Shown piece by piece: positions 55,431-64,000 of a DNA stretch of 64,000 bases (position 1 is its first letter; every line of letters starts with the position of its first letter). The position numbers and the translations under genes are program-made. The stretch comes from Vulcanimicrobiota bacterium. Lineage in GTDB: Bacteria; Vulcanimicrobiota; Vulcanimicrobiia; Vulcanimicrobiales; Vulcanimicrobiaceae. Where the stretch lies: assembly GCA_963820825.1 (NCBI GenBank), contig CAWGBN010000008.1, forward strand, positions 162,011 to 226,010, in the 5' to 3' direction. Under the pieces are notes generated by a model that made no database searches, had not been told where the DNA came from, and was given only the letters and a program-made list of their open reading frames with translations.

Positions 55431-56524
55431 ACGTGACCCACCGCGGCCGCGCGAGCGGCGGCGATCTTCTCCGGCGTGATCGCGGCGTCGAATGCGCGCA
55501 TGCCGGCGAGCTCGAAACCGCATCGCTGCGCCATCACTTCGATCTCGATGATCTTTGCCAGCTCGATCCCGCGGCCAAGCGTGAACGGCTCGAGGCGTCC
55601 CTCGAGCGCAAGAACCATCGTCTCGCCCATGCAGGCCAGTGCGGTACGCGGCGGGAGATTCAAGTCGAAATCGGTTCCCGGTTCGCGCACGCGCTCGAAA
55701 CGAGGACTTCCCGGCACGACGACGTTCCCGCCTTCGATGACCAAGACGTCGGGACGTTGCTGCGCGACGCGCCGGCTAACGTCGTGCGGCAGCGAGAGCT
55801 CGCAGACGACCGCGCCGGCTCGAAGATCTTCGGGCTCGATCACGTCCTGCGTCGAGGTCGTCGCTGTGAGAACGAGCTGCGCTCGCCGCACGGCGTCGGA
55901 GACGACGGTCGTGTACTCGCTCGCACACGGGAGCTCGCCGGCAACTTGTTCGTGAAACTTTCGCAGGCGCGTCTCGTTGCGCGCAACGAGGATGAGCCGC
56001 TCGACCTTCGGAGCGATCAGCCGTGCGCAGGCGCTGCCGATCGAGCCGGTCGCACCGATGACGACCGCCGTCGACGAGGCCGGATCGACGCCCATCTCGC
56101 TCGCGCCGCGGAAGAGGCTCTGCACGCCCGCGGCAATCGTCAGCGAGTTGCCGGTGGTCACCGGAATCGGGGAGCGCTCGTTGATGGTTATCCCCGCGTC
56201 GCCGACGACCGCGGTAAAGGCGCCGAGACCCGCGACCTGCGCGCCCAGCTCGGCACCGATCTCGATCGCGCGCACGACGCGGCTGTAGACCTCTTCGCGC
56301 GGAAACTCGACGAGCTGCTGCGGCAGCAGCGGCGCCGCAACGAACCAGCCTTCGGTCTCGCGACCGTCGGGCGTACGTACGCCGGTAACATGAACTGCCG
56401 CATACGACGGCATCCACTCCATGATCTTGCGCAGGATCGCCTCACCCTTGCCCTTCGCACCGGGCTCGTAACGCGCGATGTCCTCGAACGAGAGCGGGTG
56501 AATGACGAAACAGAACTTGTTCAC
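55427..56524 (-). CDS. acyl-ACP reductase-like / shikimate-dehydrogenase-fold NAD(P) oxidoreductase
   Basis: Start GTG 56524 (GTGA overlap); FVIHPLS, GLGAFTAVVGD, TTGNS, VVIGATGSIGSACARL, ALACMGETMVLALEG parallel cyanobacterial AAR as I remember it. Confidence 0.6.
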   Translation of the reverse strand: MNKFCFVIHPLSFEDIARYEPGAKGKGEAILRKIMEWMPSYAAVHVTGVRTPDGRETEGWFVAAPLLPQQLVEFPREEVYSRVVRAIEIGAELGAQVAGLGAFTAVVGDAGITINERSPIPVTTGNSLTIAAGVQSLFRGASEMGVDPASSTAVVIGATGSIGSACARLIAPKVERLILVARNETRLRKFHEQVAGELPCASEYTTVVSDAVRRAQLVLTATTSTQDVIEPEDLRAGAVVCELSLPHDVSRRVAQQRPDVLVIEGGNVVVPGSPRFERVREPGTDFDLNLPPRTALACMGETMVLALEGRLEPFTLGRGIELAKIIEIEVMAQRCGFELAGMRAFDAAITPEKIAAARAAAVGHV

Positions 56525-56967
56525 GCGCACGGCTCCGACTCGGCCTCGCGCTTGAGCGCCGCCAGCATCATCTCGCTGTTCTCGCGCACCTTCTTCTGCA
56601 GGGTCGGACCGATGAGCTCGGCGAGCGTCGGCACGCCGAAATCGTACTCCACGCCGAGCACGACGTGCGTGAGGCCGTCGCGGTGCTCGAACGTCCAAGC
56701 ACCTTCGAACTTGTCGAGATCGCCCTCGATCAGCTTGTAGTCGATTCGCAGCGACGCGTCGTCGAAGCGATCCTCTTCCGTCCACTCGATCGGCGCTTCC
56801 TCGACGAGCGTCTTCCAACGCGAGATCACGCCGTCGGCGCGGCGCGCGAGGATCGTCACCTTCTCCACGTCGGGCATGAACTGCGGAAACCGCTCTTGGT
56901 CCTTAGCAAGCTCGTAAACGCGGCGGGCCGGTGCGTCGATCACGATTCTACTCTCAACATACGGCAT
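56521..56967 (-). CDS. SRPBCC (polyketide cyclase/dehydrase-like) ligand-binding protein
   Basis: 148 aa; I.A....VY.L..D.ERFP.FMP...V.IL; typical START-like length. Confidence 0.7.
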   Translation of the reverse strand: MPYVESRIVIDAPARRVYELAKDQERFPQFMPDVEKVTILARRADGVISRWKTLVEEAPIEWTEEDRFDDASLRIDYKLIEGDLDKFEGAWTFEHRDGLTHVVLGVEYDFGVPTLAELIGPTLQKKVRENSEMMLAALKREAESEPCA

Positions 56968-56976
56968 CGCGAACGG

Positions 56977-58269
56977 TTAGAGAGCGCCCAGCTTCTCGTG
57001 CGCGGTAGCGACCCCGGCACGCAAGGCCTCGAGCGCGCGATCGACCTCGGCTTCGCTCACGATCAACGGCGGTTCGAGGCGGATGACGCGCTGCGCGTTG
57101 AGCGTCCAGGCGGCGGTGACGCCGCGCTTGAGCATCTCCGGAATGATCCAACCGCCGTATCCCTCGTTCGTTAGTTCGACGCCGACGAGCAGGCCCAATC
57201 CGCGCGCCTCGCGCACGACCGCCGGGTACTCCGCGGCGACAACGCGTGCACCCTCCAATAACTGCTCGCCGCGAACGCGCGCGCGCTGCGCCAACCCTTC
57301 TTCCTCGAGCACGTCCATCGCGGCGATTGCGGCCGCGCAGGCGATCTCGCTTCCGCCGAAGGTCGAGGTGTGCAGCAGCGGCGCCTTTCCAAACGCGCGA
57401 TTCCAGGGGCCGGGACGCGCGATGAAGGCTCCCACGGGAACCACTCCGCCCGAGAGACCTTTGGCCAGCGTCATTACGTCGGGAACGACGTCGTCGCGAT
57501 TGCACGCAAACCGATAGCCGCAGCGCCCCATTCCCGTCTGAATCTCGTCGGCAATCAAGAGCGCACCGGTTCGGTCGCAGAGCTCTCGCACCGCTTTCAG
57601 ATACCCGGCGGGAGGGACGTGTACGCCTCCTTCGCCCTGCACCGGCTCGACGACGAAGGCGGCCGCGTCGCGCAGCGCCTCCTCGAGCGACTCGACCTCG
57701 CCGAACGGGAGGCGGACCGAATCGGCGAGCAGCGGACGAAACGGCGTTTGGAAGGTCTCGCGACCGCTCACCGAGAGCGCTCCGAACGTCTTGCCGTGAA
57801 ATGCATCGAACGTTCCGACGATCTTCGCGCGTCCGGTCGCCGCTCGCGCGAGCTTGATCGCACCTTCGATCGCTTCGGTTCCGCTGTTACACCAAAACGA
57901 GATTTGCAGGTCGCCCGGCGCGAGCTCCGCCAGCCGGCGCGCGGCGCGGCCGAGCAGCACGTTGAACATGGTTTTACCGGAGAGCGAGATCCGGTCGAGC
58001 TGCAGGCGCACCGCCTCGACGACGCGCGGATGGCAATAACCAAGTGTAAAGACGCCGTATCCTCCGGCGAAATCGAGATACTCCTTGCCGGTATGATCCC
58101 AAATCGTGCAGCCGCGCGCGCGAACCTCGACCGGCGATCCTGAGAGCTTCATTACCCGTGCGAGCGGCGGATTGACGAACTCTTTGTAGTTCTCGTATAC
58201 CTCGCGCGCCAGCGCCTCCGGCGTCGGCGCGCCGTAGAGTTCCGTCCGCTCCTCGATCATCGCGAGCAC
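56977..58269 (-). CDS. class III (omega) pyridoxal-phosphate aminotransferase
   Basis: 430 aa; FWCNSGTEAIE, LIADEIQTGMGR, PLP-lysine context DVMTLAKGLSGG. Confidence 0.85.
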   Translation of the reverse strand: MLAMIEERTELYGAPTPEALAREVYENYKEFVNPPLARVMKLSGSPVEVRARGCTIWDHTGKEYLDFAGGYGVFTLGYCHPRVVEAVRLQLDRISLSGKTMFNVLLGRAARRLAELAPGDLQISFWCNSGTEAIEGAIKLARAATGRAKIVGTFDAFHGKTFGALSVSGRETFQTPFRPLLADSVRLPFGEVESLEEALRDAAAFVVEPVQGEGGVHVPPAGYLKAVRELCDRTGALLIADEIQTGMGRCGYRFACNRDDVVPDVMTLAKGLSGGVVPVGAFIARPGPWNRAFGKAPLLHTSTFGGSEIACAAAIAAMDVLEEEGLAQRARVRGEQLLEGARVVAAEYPAVVREARGLGLLVGVELTNEGYGGWIIPEMLKRGVTAAWTLNAQRVIRLEPPLIVSEAEVDRALEALRAGVATAHEKLGAL

Positions 58270-58305
58270 TTCGTCATCGCGAACGCAGGGCGTGAATCGT
58301 CAAGA

Positions 58306-58381
58306 ATCCCCCATAGCTCAAATGAGAGCTCGGTATTGACTACACCGCAGATGCGGGTTTGAGTCCCGCCAGGGGCAACCA
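58306..58381 (+). ncRNA. degenerate tRNA-like element (possible tRNA pseudogene or tRNA-like domain of a larger sRNA)
   Basis: T-arm GCGGG-UUUGAGU-CCCGC, 3' ...AGGGGCA-A-CCA, D-like AGCU/AGCU and anticodon-like CGGU/ACCG hairpins; acceptor pairs only 5 of 7, D-loop lacks GG, T-loop is UUU rather than UUC. Confidence 0.3.
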
Positions 58382-58470
58382 TACTAACTACGCATCTTGA
58401 TGCGGACCAGTCACCCGCGTTAGAGTCGAGGCGTGTAGTCAGTACTGAAGCCCGAGAGCTACAGATTGAC

Positions 58471-58499
58471 GGGGCCGGAGGAGTCCGGCCTCGTTTTTT
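58471..58499 (+). terminator. intrinsic terminator oriented for the plus strand
   Basis: GGCCGGA-GGAG-UCCGGCC stem-loop (7-9 bp) followed by CGUUUUUU; no U-tract in the minus orientation. Confidence 0.55.
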
Positions 58500-58501
58500 A
58501 T

Positions 58502-59533
58502 TCATGCGGCGACCAGCGCTTCGGATTCCAAGCACGCGATCGCCCCTTCGATAACGCCCGTTGCTTCCGCGGCGCCATCGATATGCATGATGCGCTCGCG
58601 CAGCGCCGCCGCGCCCGGGATGCCTTTGAGATAGAGCGCGACGTGCTTGCGCATCTGCGGAACCGCACGCGCTTCGCCGAGCTCGTCGACCATCGTGCGG
58701 TAATGTACCAGCGCGAATCGCAATCGTTGCGCGGGCGAGGGCAGCGGCAGCGCGGGGCGACCCTCCATGAGATCGCGGATCTGGGTGATGAGCCATGGAT
58801 TGCCGAGCGTCGCCCGTCCGAGCATGATCGCATCGGCGCCGCTGGAGCACATGCGCTCGATTGCGCCATGGGCATCGTCGAGATCGCCGTTGCCGATCAC
58901 CGGAATATCGACCGCGCACTTGAGCCGCGCTATGTGTTCCCAGTCGGCCTCGCCGCGATAGAACTGTTTTGCCGTGCGCGCGTGCAAGGTCACCGCTGCG
59001 ACGCCGGCTCGTTGCGCCCGCCGCGCCACGTCAACGTACACCATTGTGTCTTCGCTCCAGCCGAGCCGCATCTTCATCGTGACGGGACAGTCGACCGCGG
59101 CGACGACCGCGCGCATGATCTCCTCGCAGCGCTGGGGATCGCGCAGACAGGCCGAGCCGCCATTCGTTTTCGTTACCTTCGGCGCCGGGCAGCCGAAGTT
59201 GATGTCGACGATGTCGGCGCCGCACTCCCGAACGACCTTCGCGGCACGTGCCATCGTCTCGGGATCGTCGCCCCAGAGCTGGGTCGCGACGGGCTTCTCG
59301 AGTCCGTGCTGATCGATCATCTCCATCGTTCGCCGGTTGCCGTACTTCAGCGCGTTCGACGAAACGAATTCGGTGACGGTGAGGCCGAGTCCAAACGGAC
59401 GATAGAGCGCGCGCATGGTCCGATTCGTCACGCCGGACATCGGCGCGAGAATCAACGGCGGCCAGACTTCAATTGGACCGATTCTCAGCGGGGCGAATCC
59501 CATTGCGGTAGGAGCCTGTAGGGGTATATTCAT
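58502..59533 (-). CDS. dus: tRNA-dihydrouridine synthase
   Basis: LAPMSGVTN, DINFGCP, catalytic Cys/Lys region; start ATG 59533 (59503 is an alternative). Confidence 0.85.
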   Translation of the reverse strand: MNIPLQAPTAMGFAPLRIGPIEVWPPLILAPMSGVTNRTMRALYRPFGLGLTVTEFVSSNALKYGNRRTMEMIDQHGLEKPVATQLWGDDPETMARAAKVVRECGADIVDINFGCPAPKVTKTNGGSACLRDPQRCEEIMRAVVAAVDCPVTMKMRLGWSEDTMVYVDVARRAQRAGVAAVTLHARTAKQFYRGEADWEHIARLKCAVDIPVIGNGDLDDAHGAIERMCSSGADAIMLGRATLGNPWLITQIRDLMEGRPALPLPSPAQRLRFALVHYRTMVDELGEARAVPQMRKHVALYLKGIPGAAALRERIMHIDGAAEATGVIEGAIACLESEALVAA

Positions 59534-59672
59534 TTTCGGATTCGATGCCGAGTTTTGTTCGAAGACGAGGCGCGATGAGGGAGCGAAGCCGCAGCTTCGT
59601 GACCGAAGAGCAACGACGTATTCGGGCAAAAGACGGCTCGAAGGCGGAAATGTGACATAATCCTACAGGCTC

Positions 59673-60434
59673 CTAGACTTTACGGTGAAAGAGCTCCAAT
59701 CCCACCAGGCTCAGGTGCGGATCGACGGCCTCGATGACGGGCGTCTGCTTGGCGACCACCTCGGCGAGGCCGCCCGTCGCGACGACGCGCGCGTCGATTC
59801 CCATCTCGGCGCGCAGCCGAGCGACGATCGCTTCGGTTTGGCCGGTAAATCCGTAGACGATCCCGCTCTGGAGCGCCTCGACCGTGTTACGGCCAATCGC
59901 GCGTGCTGGTGCTTCGAGCGCTACCTGCGGGAGCTTCGCGGTTCGACCGATCAACGCGTCGACCGAGATCGCGATTCCCGGGGCAATCGCAACGCCGAGG
60001 TACTCGCCCGCTCGCGAAACGGCGATGAAGGCGGTAGCCGTACCGAAGCTTACGATGATGAGCGGGGCGCCGAATCGTTCGCGTCCGCCGAGTGCAGCCG
60101 CGACGAGGTCGGCGCCGACCTCCGACGGGTTCTCGGTCGCAATGGTGATCAGCGGCTGCCGCTGCGGTTTCAAGAAGCGCGGCGTCGCGCCGAAGAAACG
60201 CCGGCAGGCCGACTCGAGCACGGGGTCGAGTTGCGGAACGACGCTCGCGATGACGATTGCGTCGATTGCGCTCGGAGCCAGTTCGCTCGCGGCAAAGAGC
60301 TGCGTGAAGAAGACTCCGTATTCGTCGGGCGTGCGACGAAGCTCGGTCGTCACGCGCCACGTCTTGAGCAGGTCGCTCTCGGAGAAACACCCGAGTTTCG
60401 TCTCGGTGTTGCCGACGTCGATCGCTAGGAGCAT
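59673..60434 (-). CDS. coaX: type III pantothenate kinase
   Basis: MLLAIDVGNTETK, GTATAF, ATGGLA motifs. Confidence 0.9.
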   Translation of the reverse strand: MLLAIDVGNTETKLGCFSESDLLKTWRVTTELRRTPDEYGVFFTQLFAASELAPSAIDAIVIASVVPQLDPVLESACRRFFGATPRFLKPQRQPLITIATENPSEVGADLVAAALGGRERFGAPLIIVSFGTATAFIAVSRAGEYLGVAIAPGIAISVDALIGRTAKLPQVALEAPARAIGRNTVEALQSGIVYGFTGQTEAIVARLRAEMGIDARVVATGGLAEVVAKQTPVIEAVDPHLSLVGLELFHRKV

Positions 60435-61624
60435 TTCATCAGTTCCTCCACGGCATCGAGCAGACGCACTGCGAGTTCGTCTTTTTGCGCGGTGCCGAGC
60501 TCGCGGCGTCCCGCGTCGCCCCAGAGCAGAACGAGCGAGTTCTCACCGGTGCCGAAGCCGCGTTCGTCGCGCACGTCGTTGACCGCAATTGCATCGAGAT
60601 GCTTACGGTGCAGCTTTGCGCGCGCGCGCGCCTCGTGGTCGTCGGTCTCCGCGGCGAAGCCGACCAAGAACGTCGTGCCTTTTCGCTCGCCGAGCGAGGC
60701 GAGAACGTCGGGGTTCGGAACCAGCTGCACGGTCAAGTCGCCTCCGTTCTTTGCCAGCTTCGAGGCGGAACGCTCCGCGGGACGCCAATCGGCGACGGCG
60801 GCGGCGGCGATCACGAGGTCGGCGCCGGCCGCGTGCCGCAGCGCGGCCTCTTGCAGCTCTTGCGCCGTGGTGACGCGGATCACGCTCACGCCGGGCGGCG
60901 GTTCCAACAGCGTCGGGCCGAGCAGAAGCGTTACCGTTGCGCCGCGCAGCGATGCCTCGCGCGCGAGCGCGATCGCCGTCGCGCCCGTCGAAGCATTGCT
61001 CAAGAAACGAATCGGGTCGAACGGCTCGCGCGTCGGGCCGCCGGTGATCGCGACGCGCTTGCCGCGCAGCGACGCTCGGCGCGCGAGGCTGCGTTCGATC
61101 GCTTCGAGCAAACGCTCCTCGGCGGCGAGCCGCCCGACCCCGCTCTCGCGCTCGGCCAGAAACCCGCGCTCCGGATCGACGAACTCGTACCCGCGCGCGC
61201 GCAATGCGGCGATATTTGCCTGCGTTACCGGCTCGTCGTACATCGCGGCATTCATCGCCGGGGCGAGGATCCGGGGAATGCGGGCGGCCAGCAGCGCGGT
61301 CGTCAGCAGATCGTCGGCGACTCCGGCCGCGAGTTTGGCGATGATGTTCGCCGTTGCCGGCGCGACGAGCGCGACGTCGGCTTCGCGTACGAGCCGAATG
61401 TGCGGTATCCGCTCGGGTGAATCCCAGAGGGACGTGTAGACCGGACGTGCGGTGAGCGACGCAAACGTCAGCGGCGTGACGAAGCGTTCGGCTTCGGCGG
61501 TCATCACCACGTCGACGATCGCGCCGCGCTGGACGAGCGTGCTCGTCAACGCCGCCGCCTTGTAGGCGGCGATGCCGCCGCTGACCCCCAAGAGTATGCG
61601 CGCGCCGTTCATTACGGCATCCAC
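60425..61624 (-). CDS. coaBC: bifunctional phosphopantothenoylcysteine decarboxylase / phosphopantothenate--cysteine ligase
   Basis: 399 aa; flavoprotein N-domain GVSGGIAAYK, PAMN, C-domain ITGGPTREPFDPIRFLSN.STG. Confidence 0.9.
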   Translation of the reverse strand: MDAVMNGARILLGVSGGIAAYKAAALTSTLVQRGAIVDVVMTAEAERFVTPLTFASLTARPVYTSLWDSPERIPHIRLVREADVALVAPATANIIAKLAAGVADDLLTTALLAARIPRILAPAMNAAMYDEPVTQANIAALRARGYEFVDPERGFLAERESGVGRLAAEERLLEAIERSLARRASLRGKRVAITGGPTREPFDPIRFLSNASTGATAIALAREASLRGATVTLLLGPTLLEPPPGVSVIRVTTAQELQEAALRHAAGADLVIAAAAVADWRPAERSASKLAKNGGDLTVQLVPNPDVLASLGERKGTTFLVGFAAETDDHEARARAKLHRKHLDAIAVNDVRDERGFGTGENSLVLLWGDAGRRELGTAQKDELAVRLLDAVEELMKCS

Positions 61625-62436
61625 AGATTGTCGATCAGGCGGGTCGCACCGAAACGCGCCGCACCGATGATAAAAGCGGGGTGTTGCAGGCGCTCGAGCG
61701 GCTCGAACGTCTGGGCGTCGACGAGGTCCAAGTAATCGAGCCGCGCCGAGGGGCTCAACGCAGCCTTGCCGACGCCGATCGCCGCGGCTTTACCGGCTCC
61801 GAGCTCGAGCGCTTCGCGCATCGCCAGCAGCGCTGCATGCAACGTCGGCGCTTGCGCGCGCTGCACCGGATCGAGATACGCGTTGCGGCTCGACATCGCC
61901 AGCCCGTCGTGCTCGCGGACCGTCGGGACGACCTCGACGTTCACGGGGAACTCGAGATCGGCGATCATGCGGCGCAAGACGACGCTTTGCTGCGCGTCCT
62001 TCTGCCCGAGGAAGAGCGCGTCGGGCCGCACGACGTTGAGCAGCTTGGCTATCACGGTCGCGACGCCGCGAAAATGACCCGGACGGATCGCACCTTCGAA
62101 TGCGGTGCCGAGCGGTCCGACGTCGACGGAGGTGGCAAAACCGTGCGGGTAGAGCGCGGCGGCATCGGGCGCGAAGAGCGCATCGACGCCGGCGCTCGAG
62201 AGCATCGCTGCGTCCGCCTCGGGTTGGCGCGGATACCGCGAGAGGTCCTCGTTCGGACCGAACTGGAGCGGATTGACGAAGATCGATGCCGCAACGGAGG
62301 CGCAATGCCGGCGCGCGCACGCGACGAGTTCGAGGTGCCCGTCGTGGAGGGCGCCCATTGTCGGCACGAATCCCAGCGGCCGCGGCAGCGCAGCGAAGAG
62401 CGCGCGCGCCCGCGCAATGTCAACGACCAGTTCCAT
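61612..62436 (-). CDS. panC: pantoate--beta-alanine ligase
   Basis: PTMGALHDGH, FVNPLQF, GQKD.QQ motifs. Confidence 0.9.
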   Translation of the reverse strand: MELVVDIARARALFAALPRPLGFVPTMGALHDGHLELVACARRHCASVAASIFVNPLQFGPNEDLSRYPRQPEADAAMLSSAGVDALFAPDAAALYPHGFATSVDVGPLGTAFEGAIRPGHFRGVATVIAKLLNVVRPDALFLGQKDAQQSVVLRRMIADLEFPVNVEVVPTVREHDGLAMSSRNAYLDPVQRAQAPTLHAALLAMREALELGAGKAAAIGVGKAALSPSARLDYLDLVDAQTFEPLERLQHPAFIIGAARFGATRLIDNLWMP

Positions 62437-62442
62437 TGAAGG

Positions 62443-62736
62443 CTACGCGCGCGTCACCCGCAAGATCGTGCGGCCGACGACGAACGGCGCGCCGACCGCC
62501 AGCGGAACCGCTCCGACCACGGGCTTTCCGCCCAGGCGGGTACCGTTGCGGCTGCGCAGGTCGACGAGGCGTATCGAATCCGCCTCGATCTGAAGGCGGG
62601 CGTGCTCGCGGGAGACGTACCGGTCGAGCGCCAGGCAGGCTTCGGCAAGCGCATCGTCCCGGCCGATCGTGATCTCTCGCTCGAACGGCCAGGTCTTGCC
62701 GTCGAGCGGGCCGCTCAGCACTTCGAGCAGGTACAT
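62443..62736 (-). CDS. FHA domain-containing protein
   Basis: 97 aa; ITIGRD....C..L....VSREHARL......L.DL.S.NGT. Confidence 0.7.
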   Translation of the reverse strand: MYLLEVLSGPLDGKTWPFEREITIGRDDALAEACLALDRYVSREHARLQIEADSIRLVDLRSRNGTRLGGKPVVGAVPLAVGAPFVVGRTILRVTRA

Positions 62737-62838
62737 GGCCGCCAGCCCTTCTCTAACGGCTCCGGCCGCTTCCTGGCGAAGAGCCCCCGCTGGGGAGCGC
62801 TAAAAAACGGGTGCCCCCGGCCGATTACTGGGATAGCG

Positions 62839-63054
62839 ATGAAAGACCGAATCGACGACCTTCTCAACCTGATCGAAGTCGAGCCCGACCGGCTGCACGC
62901 AGCCGAGCTTCTGAACGCGCAAGCCTCGCTCGAGCGGCTCGCCGGCAAGACCGTGGCATCGGCAACGGTCGACGAAACGCGCGTCACGATCGTCACCGAG
63001 GACGGCGTCCGTTATCACTTTTACGGGTTCCTCGGCTTCGAACCGTCTCCGTAG
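62839..63054 (+). CDS. small hypothetical protein
   Basis: 71 aa from ATG 62839; non-repetitive composition, no family recognised. Confidence 0.35.
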   Translation: MKDRIDDLLNLIEVEPDRLHAAELLNAQASLERLAGKTVASATVDETRVTIVTEDGVRYHFYGFLGFEPSP

Positions 63055-63057
63055 CGA

Positions 63058-64000
63058 TCACGCTTCGACGGCGCGAGCGGCAAAGAGCGCGCCCAGATAG
63101 GCGTGGGCGGCACTCACGCCGCCCTGCACGTAGACTTCGAACGGCGCGCGCAACGGCGCGTCGCAGGAGAGCTCGACCGTCGCACCGCTGACGAACGATC
63201 CCGAGGACATCAATACCGGCTCTGCATAGCCAGGCACGGGTCCCGGTTCCGGACGAAACCGCGCGTTCACGGGCATCGCCGCTTGTAATCCCGCGGCGAA
63301 GCGCCGCAGCGCTTGGGGCGAGCCGAGCCGAATCGCCTGCACGATATCGGTACGTCGTGCGCCCGGCGCCGGGTCGACCGCGTAACCGAGTTCGTCGAAG
63401 AGCGCCGCGATAAAGTCGAGGCCGTGCAGCGTCTGCTCGACGATCAGCGGTGCGAGGAAGAGGCCTTGGGCGAGCGCGCGTCCGGTGCCGAGCGTGGGTC
63501 CGAGCGCATCGCCGAGCCCGGGCGCGTAGATCCGGGATGCGACGCGCTCGACGAGATCGGCGCGCCCGGCGACGTAGGCACCGGCCGGCGCAAGCGATCC
63601 GCCGAGATTCTTGATCAGCGAGCCCATGATCAGATCGGCTCCCGCGTGCGACGGCTCTCGTTCCTCGACGAGTTCGCCGTAGCAGTTGTCGACCAGCACG
63701 ATCGCGTTGCGCGCGACGCGTTTCACGCGCGCAATCGCTTCCTCACACTCCGCAACGAAGAGCGAGCGGCGCGGCGCGTAACCGCGTGAGCGCTGAATGA
63801 AAACCGTCGCTACATCGGCATGCGCGAGCGCCTCCTCGACCGCACGAAGATCGACGCCGCCGTCGCCGCCGAGCGCGATCTCGCGATACTCGATGCCGTG
63901 ACGCACGAGCGCCTCAGGCGCGTCGCAGATCGCGTTGCGCAGCGTATCGTACGGCCGACCCGTAATCGAGAGCAGCACTCGGCCCGGAGGCGTACAGGCC
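63058..64000 (-). CDS. methionine gamma-lyase family / YnbB-like PLP-dependent protein; 5' end outside window
   Basis: ORF open to the window edge; LVDNCYGE, GSLIKNLGG (PLP-Lys context) as in aluminium-resistance/YnbB family proteins. Confidence 0.7.
   Translation of the reverse strand, partial: ACTPPGRVLLSITGRPYDTLRNAICDAPEALVRHGIEYREIALGGDGGVDLRAVEEALAHADVATVFIQRSRGYAPRRSLFVAECEEAIARVKRVARNAIVLVDNCYGELVEEREPSHAGADLIMGSLIKNLGGSLAPAGAYVAGRADLVERVASRIYAPGLGDALGPTLGTGRALAQGLFLAPLIVEQTLHGLDFIAALFDELGYAVDPAPGARRTDIVQAIRLGSPQALRRFAAGLQAAMPVNARFRPEPGPVPGYAEPVLMSSGSFVSGATVELSCDAPLRAPFEVYVQGGVSAAHAYLGALFAARAVEA

Noticed and set aside
58385-58445. ZTP (pfl) riboswitch-like strings on the minus strand (GGGUGACUGG ... 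CCCCUGGCGGG) upstream of the aminotransferase operon
   Set aside because: Only partial resemblance to the remembered consensus (GGGUCGUGACUGGCG ... CCGCCUGGGC), with wrong order and spacing of the 3' element. The downstream genes are not purine or folate genes.
58353-58500. tmRNA (standard or circularly permuted two-piece) interpretation of the T-arm plus CCA element
   Set aside because: The 3' strand ...GGGGCAACCA cannot form the G3-U70 alanine identity pair. No complementary 5' acceptor strand (GCCCCUG-like) exists upstream or downstream. The downstream piece (about 115 nt) is too short for a coding piece, and no plausible ...LAA-type tag ORF is present.
1-64000. CRISPR arrays, rRNA genes, integrases/transposases, prophage or toxin-antitoxin modules
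   Set aside because: No regularly spaced direct repeats, no rRNA-like stretches, and no ORFs with recombinase/transposase, capsid/terminase or typical small TA-pair signatures were seen.

Overview
GC-rich bacterial chromosomal segment, densely coding, with long co-directional minus-strand gene strings. No rRNA, canonical tRNA, CRISPR array, transposase or integrase was seen. Most of it is housekeeping: glnA-type glutamine synthetase, rpsF-ssb, relA/spoT, apt, an anchor-less succinate dehydrogenase (sdhA-sdhB plus an HdrB-like CCG subunit), secDF, rplM-rpsI-truA, lysS, greA, dus, coaX-coaBC-panC. There are also secreted hydrolases and lipoproteins: two phosphoesterase paralogs, a GH3 glycosidase, amidohydrolases and beta-propeller lipoproteins. 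The standout is a compact 16-gene operon (35856..47658, minus strand) encoding a reduced flagellar-type type III secretion/basal-body system. Its order is flgB-like, flgC, fliE, fliF, fliH, fliI, fliK-like, hook/rod-like, fliM-like, fliN, fliP, metF, fliQ, fliR, flhB, flhA. This is collinear with the Bacillus-type fla operon. However, fliG, fliJ, flgD, fliL, cheY and fliO are missing at their expected slots, and no motAB, flagellin, cap or junction genes flank it. FliF carries a FliG-like helical tail, FliI lacks its N-terminal domain, and a complete metF sits inside the export-gate genes. Secondary leads: a degenerate tRNA-like, highly self-complementary plus-strand RNA candidate with its own intrinsic terminator (about 58300..58500); a four-gene aminotransferase/SRPBCC/acyl-ACP-reductase-like cassette; a HIRAN-RecQ helicase overlapping a long SecF tail; and a YXWGXW-repeat protein with an N/Q/P/K-rich tail. 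All functional calls come from reading the translated ORFs by eye (motifs and remembered family features). No database search was run.
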